Positions 20,122-30,473 of a stretch of 64,000 bases of DNA are shown here, in pieces. Both the position numbers and the translations under genes were made by a program. The notes beneath the pieces were generated by a model. That model made no database searches. It saw only the letters and a list, made by a program, of their open reading frames with translations, and was not told where the DNA came from. The stretch comes from a bacterium (GTDB lineage: Bacteria > Acidobacteriota > Blastocatellia > HR10). The DNA lies in contig JBEPZV010000001.1 in assembly GCA_041640655.1 (NCBI GenBank), forward strand, positions 1 through 64,000, given 5' to 3'. Position 1 is the first letter of the stretch. Every line of letters starts with the position of its first letter.

Positions 20122-21134
20122 GCGCCCCTCCCATTGCCATACTGAGTCCCGGTCCGCTCCACCGGCTTCCCCACGCGCAGTCTCCAGATCTTGGGCAATT
20201 GGCCGCCCAACATCTCCCAATGCTCCCCGGCATCCCAACTGGCAAAAAGTTGTCCGCGCCGGCCACCGACCTCTCCGCCGTAAAAGAGTAGCTCCGGACA
20301 CTCCGGATGCAGGCTGAAGCTGTCCGCCGAGCCGTTCTCCGGCAATTCCCGAGCCATCGGGTGCCAGTTTCGGCCACCGTCCTCGCTCTTGTAGAGAGGT
20401 GCGGGATCCTTAGCTACATAGGTATACATTCTCTCGGGATGATGTGGATCGAAGTAGATCCCATGCACGTACTTGCCTTCGAGGTGCGCGACAGGAATCC
20501 ATGTCCTTGCCGCGTCTTCGCTGACGAAGAGTCCCTCGCCGGCCCCTGCGAAGATGCGGTCAGGATCTGAGGGATCTATGGCGATTCGATGAAGATCGTG
20601 TCCGACAAGCGCCTCATGCCAAGTTCGTCCACCATCGTGAGAGTAGATGAGCGCACCTTGCTCCACTCCCGCGAAGAGGCGTTGGGGCTGTCGAGGGTGT
20701 AAGGTAATCCCGTGAATGTGCCCGGCATAGAATGGCTCGTAAAAGAACTTCCAGCTCCGGCGACTGGGGAGCCGATCGATCCCTTCAAACGCTTCGAACG
20801 TCTGTCCTCCATCACGGCTTATGTAAAGCATCGGCGGTTCGGTGCCGATGAAAATCGTCTGGGGATCGTTGGGATGGAAGACAACATCCCAAACCCAACG
20901 GTCTTTGAATCCCAACAGATCCCAATGACGCCCGGCGTCTAGGGTGCGATAGAGACCCCAGCCGCGCAATCCGCAAGCGACGTAGGCGATCCGGGAATCT
21001 TCGGGATGAAGGGCAATCGCGCGTACGGCGTGTCCTTCCAATCCTCGACCGATCAGCTCCATCTCCCCCCCACTTACGTGAAAGACCAACACCCCGTCTT
21101 CTGTTCCGATGTACAGCAGACAGGCATGCCTCAT
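20118..21134 (-). CDS. BNR/Asp-box repeat (WD40/YVTN-like) protein
   Basis: Repeated S.DGG.TW Asp-boxes. Confidence 0.85.
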   Translation of the reverse strand: MRHACLLYIGTEDGVLVFHVSGGEMELIGRGLEGHAVRAIALHPEDSRIAYVACGLRGWGLYRTLDAGRHWDLLGFKDRWVWDVVFHPNDPQTIFIGTEPPMLYISRDGGQTFEAFEGIDRLPSRRSWKFFYEPFYAGHIHGITLHPRQPQRLFAGVEQGALIYSHDGGRTWHEALVGHDLHRIAIDPSDPDRIFAGAGEGLFVSEDAARTWIPVAHLEGKYVHGIYFDPHHPERMYTYVAKDPAPLYKSEDGGRNWHPMARELPENGSADSFSLHPECPELLFYGGEVGGRRGQLFASWDAGEHWEMLGGQLPKIWRLRVGKPVERTGTQYGNGRGA

Positions 21135-21740
21135 GTGCTCCTCCCCATGGAGAGATCATAGAGGGGCCTGGGGCTTTCGCCTCGCCCATCATGGTACTCG
21201 TACGCATGAGAGCCTTCGATGTCATTCCACCTCGATGACTGAGCGATCACCGCTCGTCGCGGGCCGACAGCCCAAACGGCAGCCCTTCGCCGCGCGGCCG
21301 ATTTGAAACCGAGAAGGAGATCGTCTCAGGGCGCCGCTCCCCCTCAATTTCAAGGTCTCCCTCCGTCCCTGACCAACAGGCGAGATACCCAATCGCCGAA
21401 CATAGCACACCTGTTACGTGAAAAGTGCCGATGAAGTTCCCTTGAGACTTCGGCACGCGGTCGCTCGTGCGGTGCCCAGGCCGGCGCGCGCACTCCGATG
21501 CGAAGACCCCGCAACTCCCATGTGTATCAAACCCACATAACCTCACCCGCCCATCGTCAGCCCCATCCCCGCCAATCAATGCGGCATGGAAACCGTCACT
21601 CACCTCGTCAAGCCACCTCCAGAAACGGGGCCGTTTTACCTTCGGTTCCGGAAAATTTCCGGCTCAACATTTCGATCGGGGAGAACAGACCGCCGTCCGA
21701 CGTGAGTCCGTCGGGCGAGCGGCCCTCTCCCCGCCGCAGA

Positions 21741-22085
21741 TCACTCGATGGCGACCGATGCGACCTTGATCGTATCGCCCTGACGGTCTCCGGTCACCGT
21801 CACGCGAATGGAGTCTTTCTTCTTCGTCTTCTTGAGGGCATCGAGAGCCTGTCGGTTCCCGGCCTCGTCAAACTTCAAGTAGGTGCCGTCGGACGTGAGA
21901 ATGCCATAGCCGCTCTTGGAGCACTGGATGAGGCACTCGGTGGGATGCTTGTCGGGATTCGCCTTGACCTTGGTCAGGCACATGGTGTCAATGAGCGGAA
22001 CACTCTTCCACGTCTCGGCCCGGACGAGAGCCGGAACCGTTAACCCCAACAGGATAAGCAGCAGCGTTCTGGCCAGCTTTTTCAT
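21741..22085 (-). CDS. Small secreted hypothetical protein
   Basis: AGGAGG RBS, signal peptide, D..C...H..EC..QC..SGYG. Confidence 0.7.
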   Translation of the reverse strand: MKKLARTLLLILLGLTVPALVRAETWKSVPLIDTMCLTKVKANPDKHPTECLIQCSKSGYGILTSDGTYLKFDEAGNRQALDALKKTKKKDSIRVTVTGDRQGDTIKVASVAIE

Positions 22086-22193
22086 ACGCGTTCCTCCTGT
22101 GAAAACAGTTTTGACATCGCGCACGTTCGCGGCGTGCGCGCTCGTGTTCAAGGCCTGTCAGACGAGTGATCCCGTCCATGGTCGAGACGGCTC

Positions 22194-22619
22194 TCACGTT
22201 CCTGCCGAAGCCGGTCCGGTGGCTTCTGTGGGTGCGGCGGCCTGTCGGACCTCGGTCAGACGGGCGAGAGCGTAAGCGGCCACCGCCATGACCAGATCGC
22301 GCACGGCCACGTCGAAGAACATTCCCGTGGACACAAGGTTCACGGCGATGACCGCGAGCCAGCCCATGGCGGCGTAACTGCCCAGGCGCGTCCAGCGCGT
22401 GAGAATGGCCAGACCCACGATCATCTCCACGACGCCGACAAATGACAGGAACACGCCTGGCGAAACAGGCAGCAGACGTTCGACCCAGGGGCTCAGGTAC
22501 ATCTCCCACTGGGTGAGAAGGTTGAAGAACTTATCCAGACCGGCAAGAAAGGCCGCCGCGCCCAGACCGATTTTCAGTCCCCACCACGCGGAGTTGAGTT
22601 TCTCGTCCCGTGCGGTCAT
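22194..22619 (-). CDS. DoxX family membrane protein
   Basis: AGLDKFFNLL..W..YL; GVVEMIVG; DVAVRD. Confidence 0.82.
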   Translation of the reverse strand: MTARDEKLNSAWWGLKIGLGAAAFLAGLDKFFNLLTQWEMYLSPWVERLLPVSPGVFLSFVGVVEMIVGLAILTRWTRLGSYAAMGWLAVIAVNLVSTGMFFDVAVRDLVMAVAAYALARLTEVRQAAAPTEATGPASAGT

Positions 22620-22730
22620 ACTCGTATCCTGCAGCATATAGAGTGAGCGGGTGCCCTTCGGGTTACAGAACGAGGAACGGAAAAACCTTGTAACCTTTCT
22701 GAGCCCGGTGACTCAGTAAAAGGAGCAACA

Positions 22731-23519
22731 ATGGCTACCGACGATATGACCGTGTCCTCGACCGCGGCTTCGCTCACCGACGAAGAAATCGTCGAGCGCG
22801 TGCGGGCGGGCGAGGCGGCGCTCTTTGAAGTTCTCATGCGTCGGTACAATCAGCGGCTCTATCGGGTGGCGCGGGCCATTCTGGGCGATGACAGCGAAGC
22901 CGAAGACGTCATGCAGGAGGCGTATGTGCGCGCCTATCAGCATCTGGATCAATTCACCGGCGCCGCCCGGTTCTCCACCTGGTTGACCAAGATCGCCGTC
23001 TACGAAGCCCGAGCGCGGGTCCGCCAACGGCGCCGCTTTGTCGAAATCGGCGACGTGACCGATCACCAGAATTTCACGGGGAGCGCGACGAAAATGGCCG
23101 GACGTGATCCCGAGCAACACGTTCTGGAGCGCGAGCTGCAGGCTCTGCTCGAAGCGGCTATTGAAGCCTTGCCCCCGTTGTACCGCTCGGTCTTCATGCT
23201 GCGAGAGGTGGAAGGGATGAGTACGGCGGAGACGGCGGCCTGTTTGGGCCTCGGCGAAGACGCCGTGAAAGTTCGATTGCACCGGGCGCGGGCACGACTG
23301 CGCAAATTTCTCTCCGACCGACTAAGAGCGAAAACGACTCAGACGTTTCCTTTTGGTGGGGCACGCTGTGACCGAGTGGTCTCGCGAGTCTTTGAGCGGA
23401 TCCGAACCCTCGGGGTCCCCCGGAAGAGTTCATCCAACGCCACATCATGCCGGGGTCCCCACGTGGGGTCCCCATGCGATGATCGCATGAGGCGCCCGAG
23501 CGCCCTCCCCGAAGACTAA
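22731..23519 (+). CDS. ECF RNA polymerase sigma factor; tail runs through REP-like repeats
   Basis: RRYNQRLYR, AEDVMQEAY, FSTWLTKI, VKVRLHRAR, F.FGG.RCD. Confidence 0.9.
   Translation: MATDDMTVSSTAASLTDEEIVERVRAGEAALFEVLMRRYNQRLYRVARAILGDDSEAEDVMQEAYVRAYQHLDQFTGAARFSTWLTKIAVYEARARVRQRRRFVEIGDVTDHQNFTGSATKMAGRDPEQHVLERELQALLEAAIEALPPLYRSVFMLREVEGMSTAETAACLGLGEDAVKVRLHRARARLRKFLSDRLRAKTTQTFPFGGARCDRVVSRVFERIRTLGVPRKSSSNATSCRGPHVGSPCDDRMRRPSALPED
23412..23497. repeat. Cluster of REP-like element copies/half-copies
   Basis: ggggtcccc x3; ggggtccccatgcgatgatcgcatgaggcgccc. Confidence 0.75.
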
Positions 23520-23691
23520 CCGCCATGAGAGGGCGCATCCGAATACGATCTCGCTCTGCAGAGCGAAGACATGGCTCAGTCAGAGAGCCCCCTGCTCTTT
23601 CCCCCCCTCCCCCGTGGCTCACACAGCGAGACCCCCTACTGTTGATGACCGCTCCCATCCCCAAGCACTGAACGTCCTCCACCCCCTCCAA

Positions 23692-25161
23692 TCACCCCCG
23701 TGAGCGCCGAGATGCCCGGAGTATCCTCGCTGTGACGCGCGCCAGGTCGCGAAAGAGCCCTTCAACCTGAGCCTCCCGCTCCCACGGAGGGAGCCTCAGG
23801 TGGTCCTCGACGCGAGCCGCCATCTCTTCCAGCTCATCACACTCACGCGAATCGGCCAGTGACCGCAAATGCGCGAAGAGCGCCCGATGCGCCCCCCGAC
23901 GCTCCATCACCTCCAACCCATCCAGCATCTGACGATGGGGCGTCCCCTCCCAGATCGTCAAAATCAGCGCTTCGCGCAACCACCGCTCCATCCCGAACTC
24001 AGCCAGCGCCCCGATCCCCCCATAGACCTCTATCCCCCATCGGGCCGTCTCCACGGCGACCTCCGCCGTCCAATACTTGGCCAAGTGGGCGATCAGCCGG
24101 AACAAAGGATACGCCTCCCCATAGGGCGGCGTCTGCTTCCAGACCGCTTCCAGAAGCCGCACGGCCTCCCAGGCCAGCGCAAAGGCCTCCTCCAACCGGG
24201 CCCGCCGCTCCTCAAACTGCCGACGCAGAAGCGGATGCTCGCCGATGGGTCGACCGAAAGCCACCCGCTCCCGAGCGAAACTCCCGGCATCGGCCAGCAC
24301 CCGTTGGGTCAGGGCCACGCTCCCGATGCTATTCGCCACCCGAGAGAGATTCAGCACTTCCAGAATTAAATAAATCCCCCATTCTCGCGAGCCCAGCAAA
24401 TAGGCCTCGCTCTCGCTGAACTCGACCTCACCCGTCGGGACAGAACGCGTGGCGATCTTGTCCTTCAAGCGGCGGATCATGTAGTTGAGCCTCCCATCCT
24501 CCCGATAGCGGGGTACCAGAAAGAGCGCCAAGCCTCGCACGTTCCGGGGCGCCCCCTCGGGACGGGCAGCGACCAGCGCCAGCTCCGCCCCCACATTGCT
24601 CGCGAAGTACTTCTCGCCGGTGAGAGACCACCGGTCGCCCTCCGGCCGAGCCCGCGTCTCCACAGCCGCCCCCAAATCCGAACCGCCCTGCACCTCCGTC
24701 ATCCATGTGGCCCCCTGCCAAACAGAATCATCCCGCCGAAGGAGCGCCGGCAGAAAGCGGGCCTTCACGGCCTCGGATCCGTACTTCTCCAACGCTACGG
24801 CTGTCGCCAGCGAGACCACATACGGACAATAAAGCCCGGGGTCGTAAAACGACGTCACATACCCCAGAAGATAGCTCGGAATCAGAGACTGCTCCTCGAA
24901 GACCCGACCGACGATCCCCGCCCGATATCCCTGATGAAGCAACACCCGATACCCCGGAGGATAGAGAATCTCGTCCACCCGACGGCCGAAGCGGTCGTAC
25001 ATCTTCAGCCAGGGTGTACCCGCGCGATCCACACCCTCCGAGAGCCGCCAGCCCTCGCTCGCCCACCACGCTTCATAAGCCCTCAGAACCGATTCATCGG
25101 CCAGATGTCCGAGACACTCCCCTATGAACGAGACAGGTGAACTGAGCTTCTCCTCATCCAT
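23692..25161 (-). CDS. Acyl-CoA dehydrogenase (AidB-like)
   Basis: WMTEVQGGSD, GEKYFAS, RRLKDK, IWEGT. Confidence 0.9.
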   Translation of the reverse strand: MDEEKLSSPVSFIGECLGHLADESVLRAYEAWWASEGWRLSEGVDRAGTPWLKMYDRFGRRVDEILYPPGYRVLLHQGYRAGIVGRVFEEQSLIPSYLLGYVTSFYDPGLYCPYVVSLATAVALEKYGSEAVKARFLPALLRRDDSVWQGATWMTEVQGGSDLGAAVETRARPEGDRWSLTGEKYFASNVGAELALVAARPEGAPRNVRGLALFLVPRYREDGRLNYMIRRLKDKIATRSVPTGEVEFSESEAYLLGSREWGIYLILEVLNLSRVANSIGSVALTQRVLADAGSFARERVAFGRPIGEHPLLRRQFEERRARLEEAFALAWEAVRLLEAVWKQTPPYGEAYPLFRLIAHLAKYWTAEVAVETARWGIEVYGGIGALAEFGMERWLREALILTIWEGTPHRQMLDGLEVMERRGAHRALFAHLRSLADSRECDELEEMAARVEDHLRLPPWEREAQVEGLFRDLARVTARILRASRRSRG

Positions 25162-25850
25162 CGTACCCCCTCCACACAAAATAAAAGCTGCCCCCGTCAA
25201 GGCCCGCCGCAGGGATCCTCTTCGCTTCATCCGTCATCCCACATCCCCTCACGGAGCGCCCTGCGGCGGGTCTGACGGCCCATCACGGGGCATTCTCTAC
25301 CCCAGGCTTCCTCCCGGCGACGGTGACCACAAGGGCTACAGGATCGTGTGCCGCGCCCTCGCCCCAATCCGGCACAACTCCACAGCTGCACCGAAACGCC
25401 CATGCCGAAATCCCACCGCCGCCGATCGAAGAAGTCGGCGATCATCTGGAGCAGCTCGGCACTCTTCACGATCACCAGCTCAGCAAACACGCCCACCGCA
25501 CGGGATCGTGCCCGCGAGCGGCTTCTCGCGAACAATCGGCGATTGACCGACGGGGACAAGTGTATCGCGCTCGCCGTGGAGAATCAAAAACGGCCGATCA
25601 TCTGACGAACCCCAATTGACCGGACCCATCCGCGTGAGCGCCTCCGATTCGATCTGACTCGCTTGAAATGGCGACCACGTCCTCAGGCGAGGAGAATCAT
25701 CGCCGGGCTCTTGGGCCCGACTGGATTCGACTGGCTTTCTCCAGGATTGACGAAATAAAATTTCGGGGGATGAGCCGCCTGAAGATCAACGCTCTGAAGG
25801 AGAACCATCGTTTTTCCGGGTCCACAGAGCGCAGGGGAGGAGAGAACAAA

Positions 25851-26834
25851 ATGGCCCTCGGTAAGGTCGATCGTCGCCGCTTCTTCGGCCTGATTCTTGC
25901 CGGAGGCGCCGCGAGCGCCATCTCCGTGGGAGAGAGTGTCGGTGCTGTTCCCCCTCAGAGAAGACGCCGGACTCCTCATTTATCGCCCGCTGAGATGGAC
26001 GCCATCGAGCAAGCGCTGGGGAAGAAGGGGAGATATGTCGAAGAGGAAGCGGTCTACACGGTCGCCCTTCCGCGGAACGACCTGAAGGTTCGCATCAAAG
26101 GAGACGAGGTGCCCGTTCCGTTCGGTTTCGGCGGGTGGGTATCGTTCAAGAAGACGCTCGATGGGCGACAGGCCGTTTTGATGAGCGATATCGTGCTGCG
26201 TGAAGAAGAAGTCAATCCCCTGATCTCGTCGGTGCAGGAGCAGGGACTGGAGGTGAGCGCTCTTCACAATCATTTCTTCTACGAGGAGCCGCGCATTTTT
26301 TATCTGCATGTGCACGGGAGGGGTCCAGTCGGAGAATTGGCCCGGCGCTATGCGAATGCGATCCAAGCGACGCCGCTCTTTCCGGCCCATCAACCTGAAG
26401 CCCGGCCTCCGGAACGGTTGGCCAATGAGGTCTTCGACCTCCCGGCTCTTGATCGGATCGTTGGCTTCCGGGGCGTCATCAACGGACCGACCTACAAATA
26501 CACCGTCGGGCGAACGGATCTCCGTGTCCTGGCGATGGGAACGGAGATCACAACGACGATGGGCCTGAATTCGTGGGCGGCGGTGGCAGGCCGGCCCGAG
26601 CGGGCTCATATCGCCGGCGATATGGCCATGCAGGAGTCCGAAGTCAACGCCGTGATTCGAGCGCTGAGGCGACACGATCTGGAAATCGTGGCCCTCCACC
26701 ACCACATGCTCGGAGAGAGGCCCCGCATCATCTTCTTGCATTATTACGGGCGCGGGCCGGTCGAGGCGCTCGTCCGGGGATTTCGGGCCGCCCTCTCCGC
26801 TTTGGGCACGCCTGAAGGTCACGAGAAATCGTAG
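25851..26834 (+). CDS. Tat-exported tandem DUF1259 (LppY/LpqO-like) protein
   Basis: RRRFF twin-arginine signal; two ALHNH/ALHHH...P.I..LH repeats. Confidence 0.85.
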   Translation: MALGKVDRRRFFGLILAGGAASAISVGESVGAVPPQRRRRTPHLSPAEMDAIEQALGKKGRYVEEEAVYTVALPRNDLKVRIKGDEVPVPFGFGGWVSFKKTLDGRQAVLMSDIVLREEEVNPLISSVQEQGLEVSALHNHFFYEEPRIFYLHVHGRGPVGELARRYANAIQATPLFPAHQPEARPPERLANEVFDLPALDRIVGFRGVINGPTYKYTVGRTDLRVLAMGTEITTTMGLNSWAAVAGRPERAHIAGDMAMQESEVNAVIRALRRHDLEIVALHHHMLGERPRIIFLHYYGRGPVEALVRGFRAALSALGTPEGHEKS

Positions 26835-27061
26835 GGGGGAGCCAACATCTGGCCTCCTGGAGCGAAGGAGCACTCGCAATAGGACGCCCCCTCACACCTC
26901 ACGACGTGACGGCCGCATGCCCGATCCCCACGTAGGTGAAACCCGCTCAATATGCGTCTGAAGCCACACGACCAACCGGCACTCGAAGCCCCGTCGGCGC
27001 TGAATCTTCACCACGTCCTTCATCATCGCGTGCCACCATGAAAGCCTTTTTCCTCACCTGC

Positions 27062-27910
27062 TCAAGCTCTCCATGGAATAGTGCCGAACCATTCAGATGC
27101 TCGCGCGCGCAGCTCGCCGAGCGCGAATTGGCACCCGATCTCGATCAATTCGGCGCTGTGGCTGAAATCGAGCAGACTGATGTTTTCGTCCAGGCACGGT
27201 TCGAGCACGATGAAGCGCGTTCGATCCCGATAGGGCTCGATCTGGCCGTCCCATCGGCCGTTGAGACTGATGTCGAACGAACGCGAGAGAATGCCCAGGA
27301 TACCGCGAGGGGTCCGCGCGAGCGGCCGGCGACAGCCGCAGCGCATGGCCAGAACCACCCGGGCGCCCTTTTGCGCCGCCACATCCAGCGGCAGATTGTT
27401 CGCCAGGCCCCCATCCACGATCTCACGCCCCTGGACGATCACCGGCGGCAATATCCCCGGAACGGCCGTACTGGCCATAATCGCCTGGGTGAGATCCCCG
27501 CCCTCCATCAGGACCATCTCCCCGGTTCTCAGGTCCGTGCCGATGATCGTCAGCGGCAAGACGAGGTCTTCAAAGCGAGCCGGGAGGTGCCGCTCTAAGA
27601 ATCGCCGCAGCTTGCCGTTATCGTACAGGCTCGCCGCCTTTCGCGGATTCCATAGAACGCCCCAGTTGAAGGCGAACAAGTCCGAGAACTTCACCCGCTG
27701 CCACAGCGCGATGATCTCGCCGACCGGTATCCCCGCGGCGATGAACGCGCCGTTAACGGCTCCAATTGACGTCCCGACGACGGCGTCAACGGACACCCCG
27801 AGTTCGAGGAGGGCGCGGTAGCACCCCACTTCCACCGCGCCCTTGCTCCCCCCACCACAGAGCACGAGAACGACCCGCTGTGATTCCGTCGGCTTCATGT
27901 TCGACGACAT
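27062..27910 (-). CDS. Patatin-like phospholipase
   Basis: GGGSKG, GTSIG, DGG motifs. Confidence 0.92.
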   Translation of the reverse strand: MSSNMKPTESQRVVLVLCGGGSKGAVEVGCYRALLELGVSVDAVVGTSIGAVNGAFIAAGIPVGEIIALWQRVKFSDLFAFNWGVLWNPRKAASLYDNGKLRRFLERHLPARFEDLVLPLTIIGTDLRTGEMVLMEGGDLTQAIMASTAVPGILPPVIVQGREIVDGGLANNLPLDVAAQKGARVVLAMRCGCRRPLARTPRGILGILSRSFDISLNGRWDGQIEPYRDRTRFIVLEPCLDENISLLDFSHSAELIEIGCQFALGELRARASEWFGTIPWRA

Positions 27911-28683
27911 TATGACTCCCCCTGGAGGCGAAATCTGTAAAAGACTTTACATTCGCTCGCTCGCCGGAGCGGCGGCGCTGCCCCCCGCCTCGAACCGATC
28001 GGACGGAGTCCCCCTTGCCTTCTATAGATCACCCAGGGGGCTCGCTCTATTCCGACTCCGATTTATCATGATCGCCACGCGATCTATAGATCACGTGGGA
28101 GGCCTGGCAGCCGGTCCCTATTGTCTGACGATGAAGGCGAACCTCGCAGACGCTCAAGCCTCCGCTCGGCGTCCGAAAAATCTTCGGCCCACTCGCAGCA
28201 TGAGCAGACAGCAGTGGGAATAAAGGGGATGACAACGGGGTTCCCGACGACCTCTGCGGTGGGTCTTGCGCGAGACTCGAAATCTACCGGACGATCTCGC
28301 GCGCGGCGTCACGATCCACGATCCAGAGGAGTTTGCCCTGAGTCGGGGCGATCAACTGCGCCGGGAGCCTGTCAGGCCGGTCTTCGCCCAGGAGAACTTC
28401 CCTCAGGACGGCGGCTTTCCTCTCTCCGGAGACCAGGAAGATCACGTTGGCCGCGTGATTGAAAACGGCCGCCGTGAGCGTCAGGCGTGACGCACCGAGC
28501 TTTTCCACATAGACGGCTCGCACCATCTCCCTCCGCTCAGAGAGCACAGCCGTGCCCGGGAAAAGAGAGGCCGTGTGTCCGTCTTCTCCCAGGCCGAGCA
28601 GAACGAGATCGAACGCAGGGAGCTCACAGGCAGCAAGCCCGAAGAACGCTCTGAGTGTATGAGCGTACTCGACGGCGGCCTCT

Positions 28684-30021
28684 TCAGGATCTTTTTCCCC
28701 CGGCATGCGGTGAACATTGGCCGGGGGAATGGGCACCGTTCTGTGGCGCATAATCATTTATTTCACCCATGCCGGGTGAAACAAATGACCGGCCACTTCC
28801 TGCTTCACCGACCCATGACTCGTAGACCGACCCGAAGGCCGTTCCGCCGCCAGAGAGGTCTCCACAGGCGTCACTTCCCGGGGAACTCCCGGTAGGGCCG
28901 TTGAGGACGGCCAGCCCGTAAAGCCGTAGATTCAACGCGGCGTTAAAATCCCGGTCGGCCTCAAACCCGCAGGCCAAACACCGGAACACCCGCCGTGAAA
29001 GGGAAAGCTTTGGGCCGAGCGCTCCGCACCGTGAGCAGCTCCGGGTGGATGGGAAATCGCGCGGCGCGATGATAAGCCGCGCTCCATACCAGCTCGACTT
29101 GTATTCCAGCATCCGGCGGAACATCCCCCAACCCGCGTCCGCAACAGAACGGGAAAGACGTCCGCGAGCCAGTGCCTTCACGGAAAGATTCTCCACCACG
29201 ATCACCGACTTGGTTTTCGCCAGCGCCGTGGTGACCTTGTGAAGGAAGTCCCGCCGGATGTTCCGAATCCGCCAGTGCAGCCGGGCCAGGCAAAGAGAAG
29301 CTTTTCGGTGGTTGTTGGAGCCTTTCTGCTTGCGGGAAAGCCGTCGGGAGCGACGGCGCAAGAGGCGAAGCTTCCCGTCAAGCGGCTTCGGCGCTTCGAT
29401 GCGCGTTCCATCGGACAGCACCAGGAAGGACATGAGACCCAGATCCACGCCCACCACGTCGTCGTCCCGGAGAACGCGGGGAACGGGATCAGGCCGCTCC
29501 ACCTCGCAGGTGAGGCTCACAAACCAGCGGTCAGCCTCTCGGGAGATTGTGGCCGAGAGGATGCGGGCTCTCTTTGCTTGAAGAAGCTCCAGAAGCCTGT
29601 CCGTCCGCTCCTTGGTGCGCACCCTGCCGATGCGGGGCAGTTGCACGTGACGGGGGAACATCCGGATGGCGCCGGTCAAGCGCGCCGCGTTGTCGCCCAT
29701 GCCCTTCTTCCGCTTGAAGCGAGGCTTTCCCGCCCGACCCTGCCGCCAGTTGCGGAAAGCTCGCTCCAGGTCACGGAGGGCTTCCTGAAGCGCACACTTG
29801 GACACCTCCACCCACCAGGGGGCGTTCTCTCGTTTCCAGATGTTCCACGCCTTGTGGAGCTGGGCGGCGCATGGGATAGGCTCTCTTCGCTCGATCGCTT
29901 CCAGGCAACGCGCCAGGCCCCAGTTGTAGGCAAAGCGAGCAGCCCCCACGTGCTTGGCCAACGCCACGCGGGCACGGCCGTTGGGATCAAGCTCAAAGCG
30001 AAACGCCTACATCACCAGCAT
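28684..30021 (-). CDS. tnpB: TnpB RNA-guided nuclease; TAG at codon 5 (possible restart at GTG 29967)
   Basis: MLVM*AFRFELDP; ARFAYN; RuvC D (VDLG), E (VENL), D (DRDFNAA); CSRC/CLAC Zn finger. Confidence 0.9.
28736..28900 (-). ncRNA. Putative TnpB omegaRNA scaffold (5' limit approximate)
   Basis: GGAGTTCCCCGGGAAGTGACGCCTGTGGAGA...GAAGCAGGAAG overlapping the tnpB 3' end up to the right end. Confidence 0.6.
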
Positions 30022-30215
30022 CGAGATCGCCTCCAATCGGCGGACAAGACCCGAGCATAGAGCATCGTGCGCCCCCCTCCGGAGATGGCTCTTCCACCAA
30101 GATGGTCCCCGTTGGGAGCTGACGGGCGGGGACGGGAAGCTTGCCCGCTCTGAACCACCGCCCCGGCGGTGATATAGCTCACTCCTTGCTTCCGAGCCCA
30201 GTCGGAGAGTTTCAT
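30012..30215 (-). pseudogene. tnpA: IS607 serine transposase, frameshifted and internally deleted
   Basis: MKLSDWARKQGVSY / WFRAGKLP..ARQLPTGTILV / LYARVLS, then the sequence jumps to tnpB. Confidence 0.82.
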
Positions 30216-30473
30216 GGCTGAAATCGCTGATAACAAAAACGGTAACTGCTGTCAACCCTCGACCAGATCACCCGCTCCCGAAAAGGAGGACTCGCCAGGC
30301 GAGCATATAGTCCCTGCGGGGTTGCGCCTCCGGAGAGAGCGACGCAAAAGCGCCCATTCCGGATGATGAACTCTTCGGCCAACTCGACCAAACGCATCGC
30401 CGCCCGAAAGGCGAGCTCTTCGGCATCCCGGCAGATGAGCAGTTCTCCACGCCGGAGCTCTCTCTTTATGATC

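Larger units (their letters stand above)
28736..30257 (-). mobile_element. IS607-family element, probably non-autonomous
   Basis: tnpA(serine) remnant plus tnpB; GG at both junctions; right end ...CAGAACGG. Confidence 0.85.

Noticed and set aside
30007..30009. TAG in tnpB as pyrrolysine or programmed read-through
   Set aside because: A simple CAG>TAG change in an element whose tnpA is already decayed is more parsimonious.
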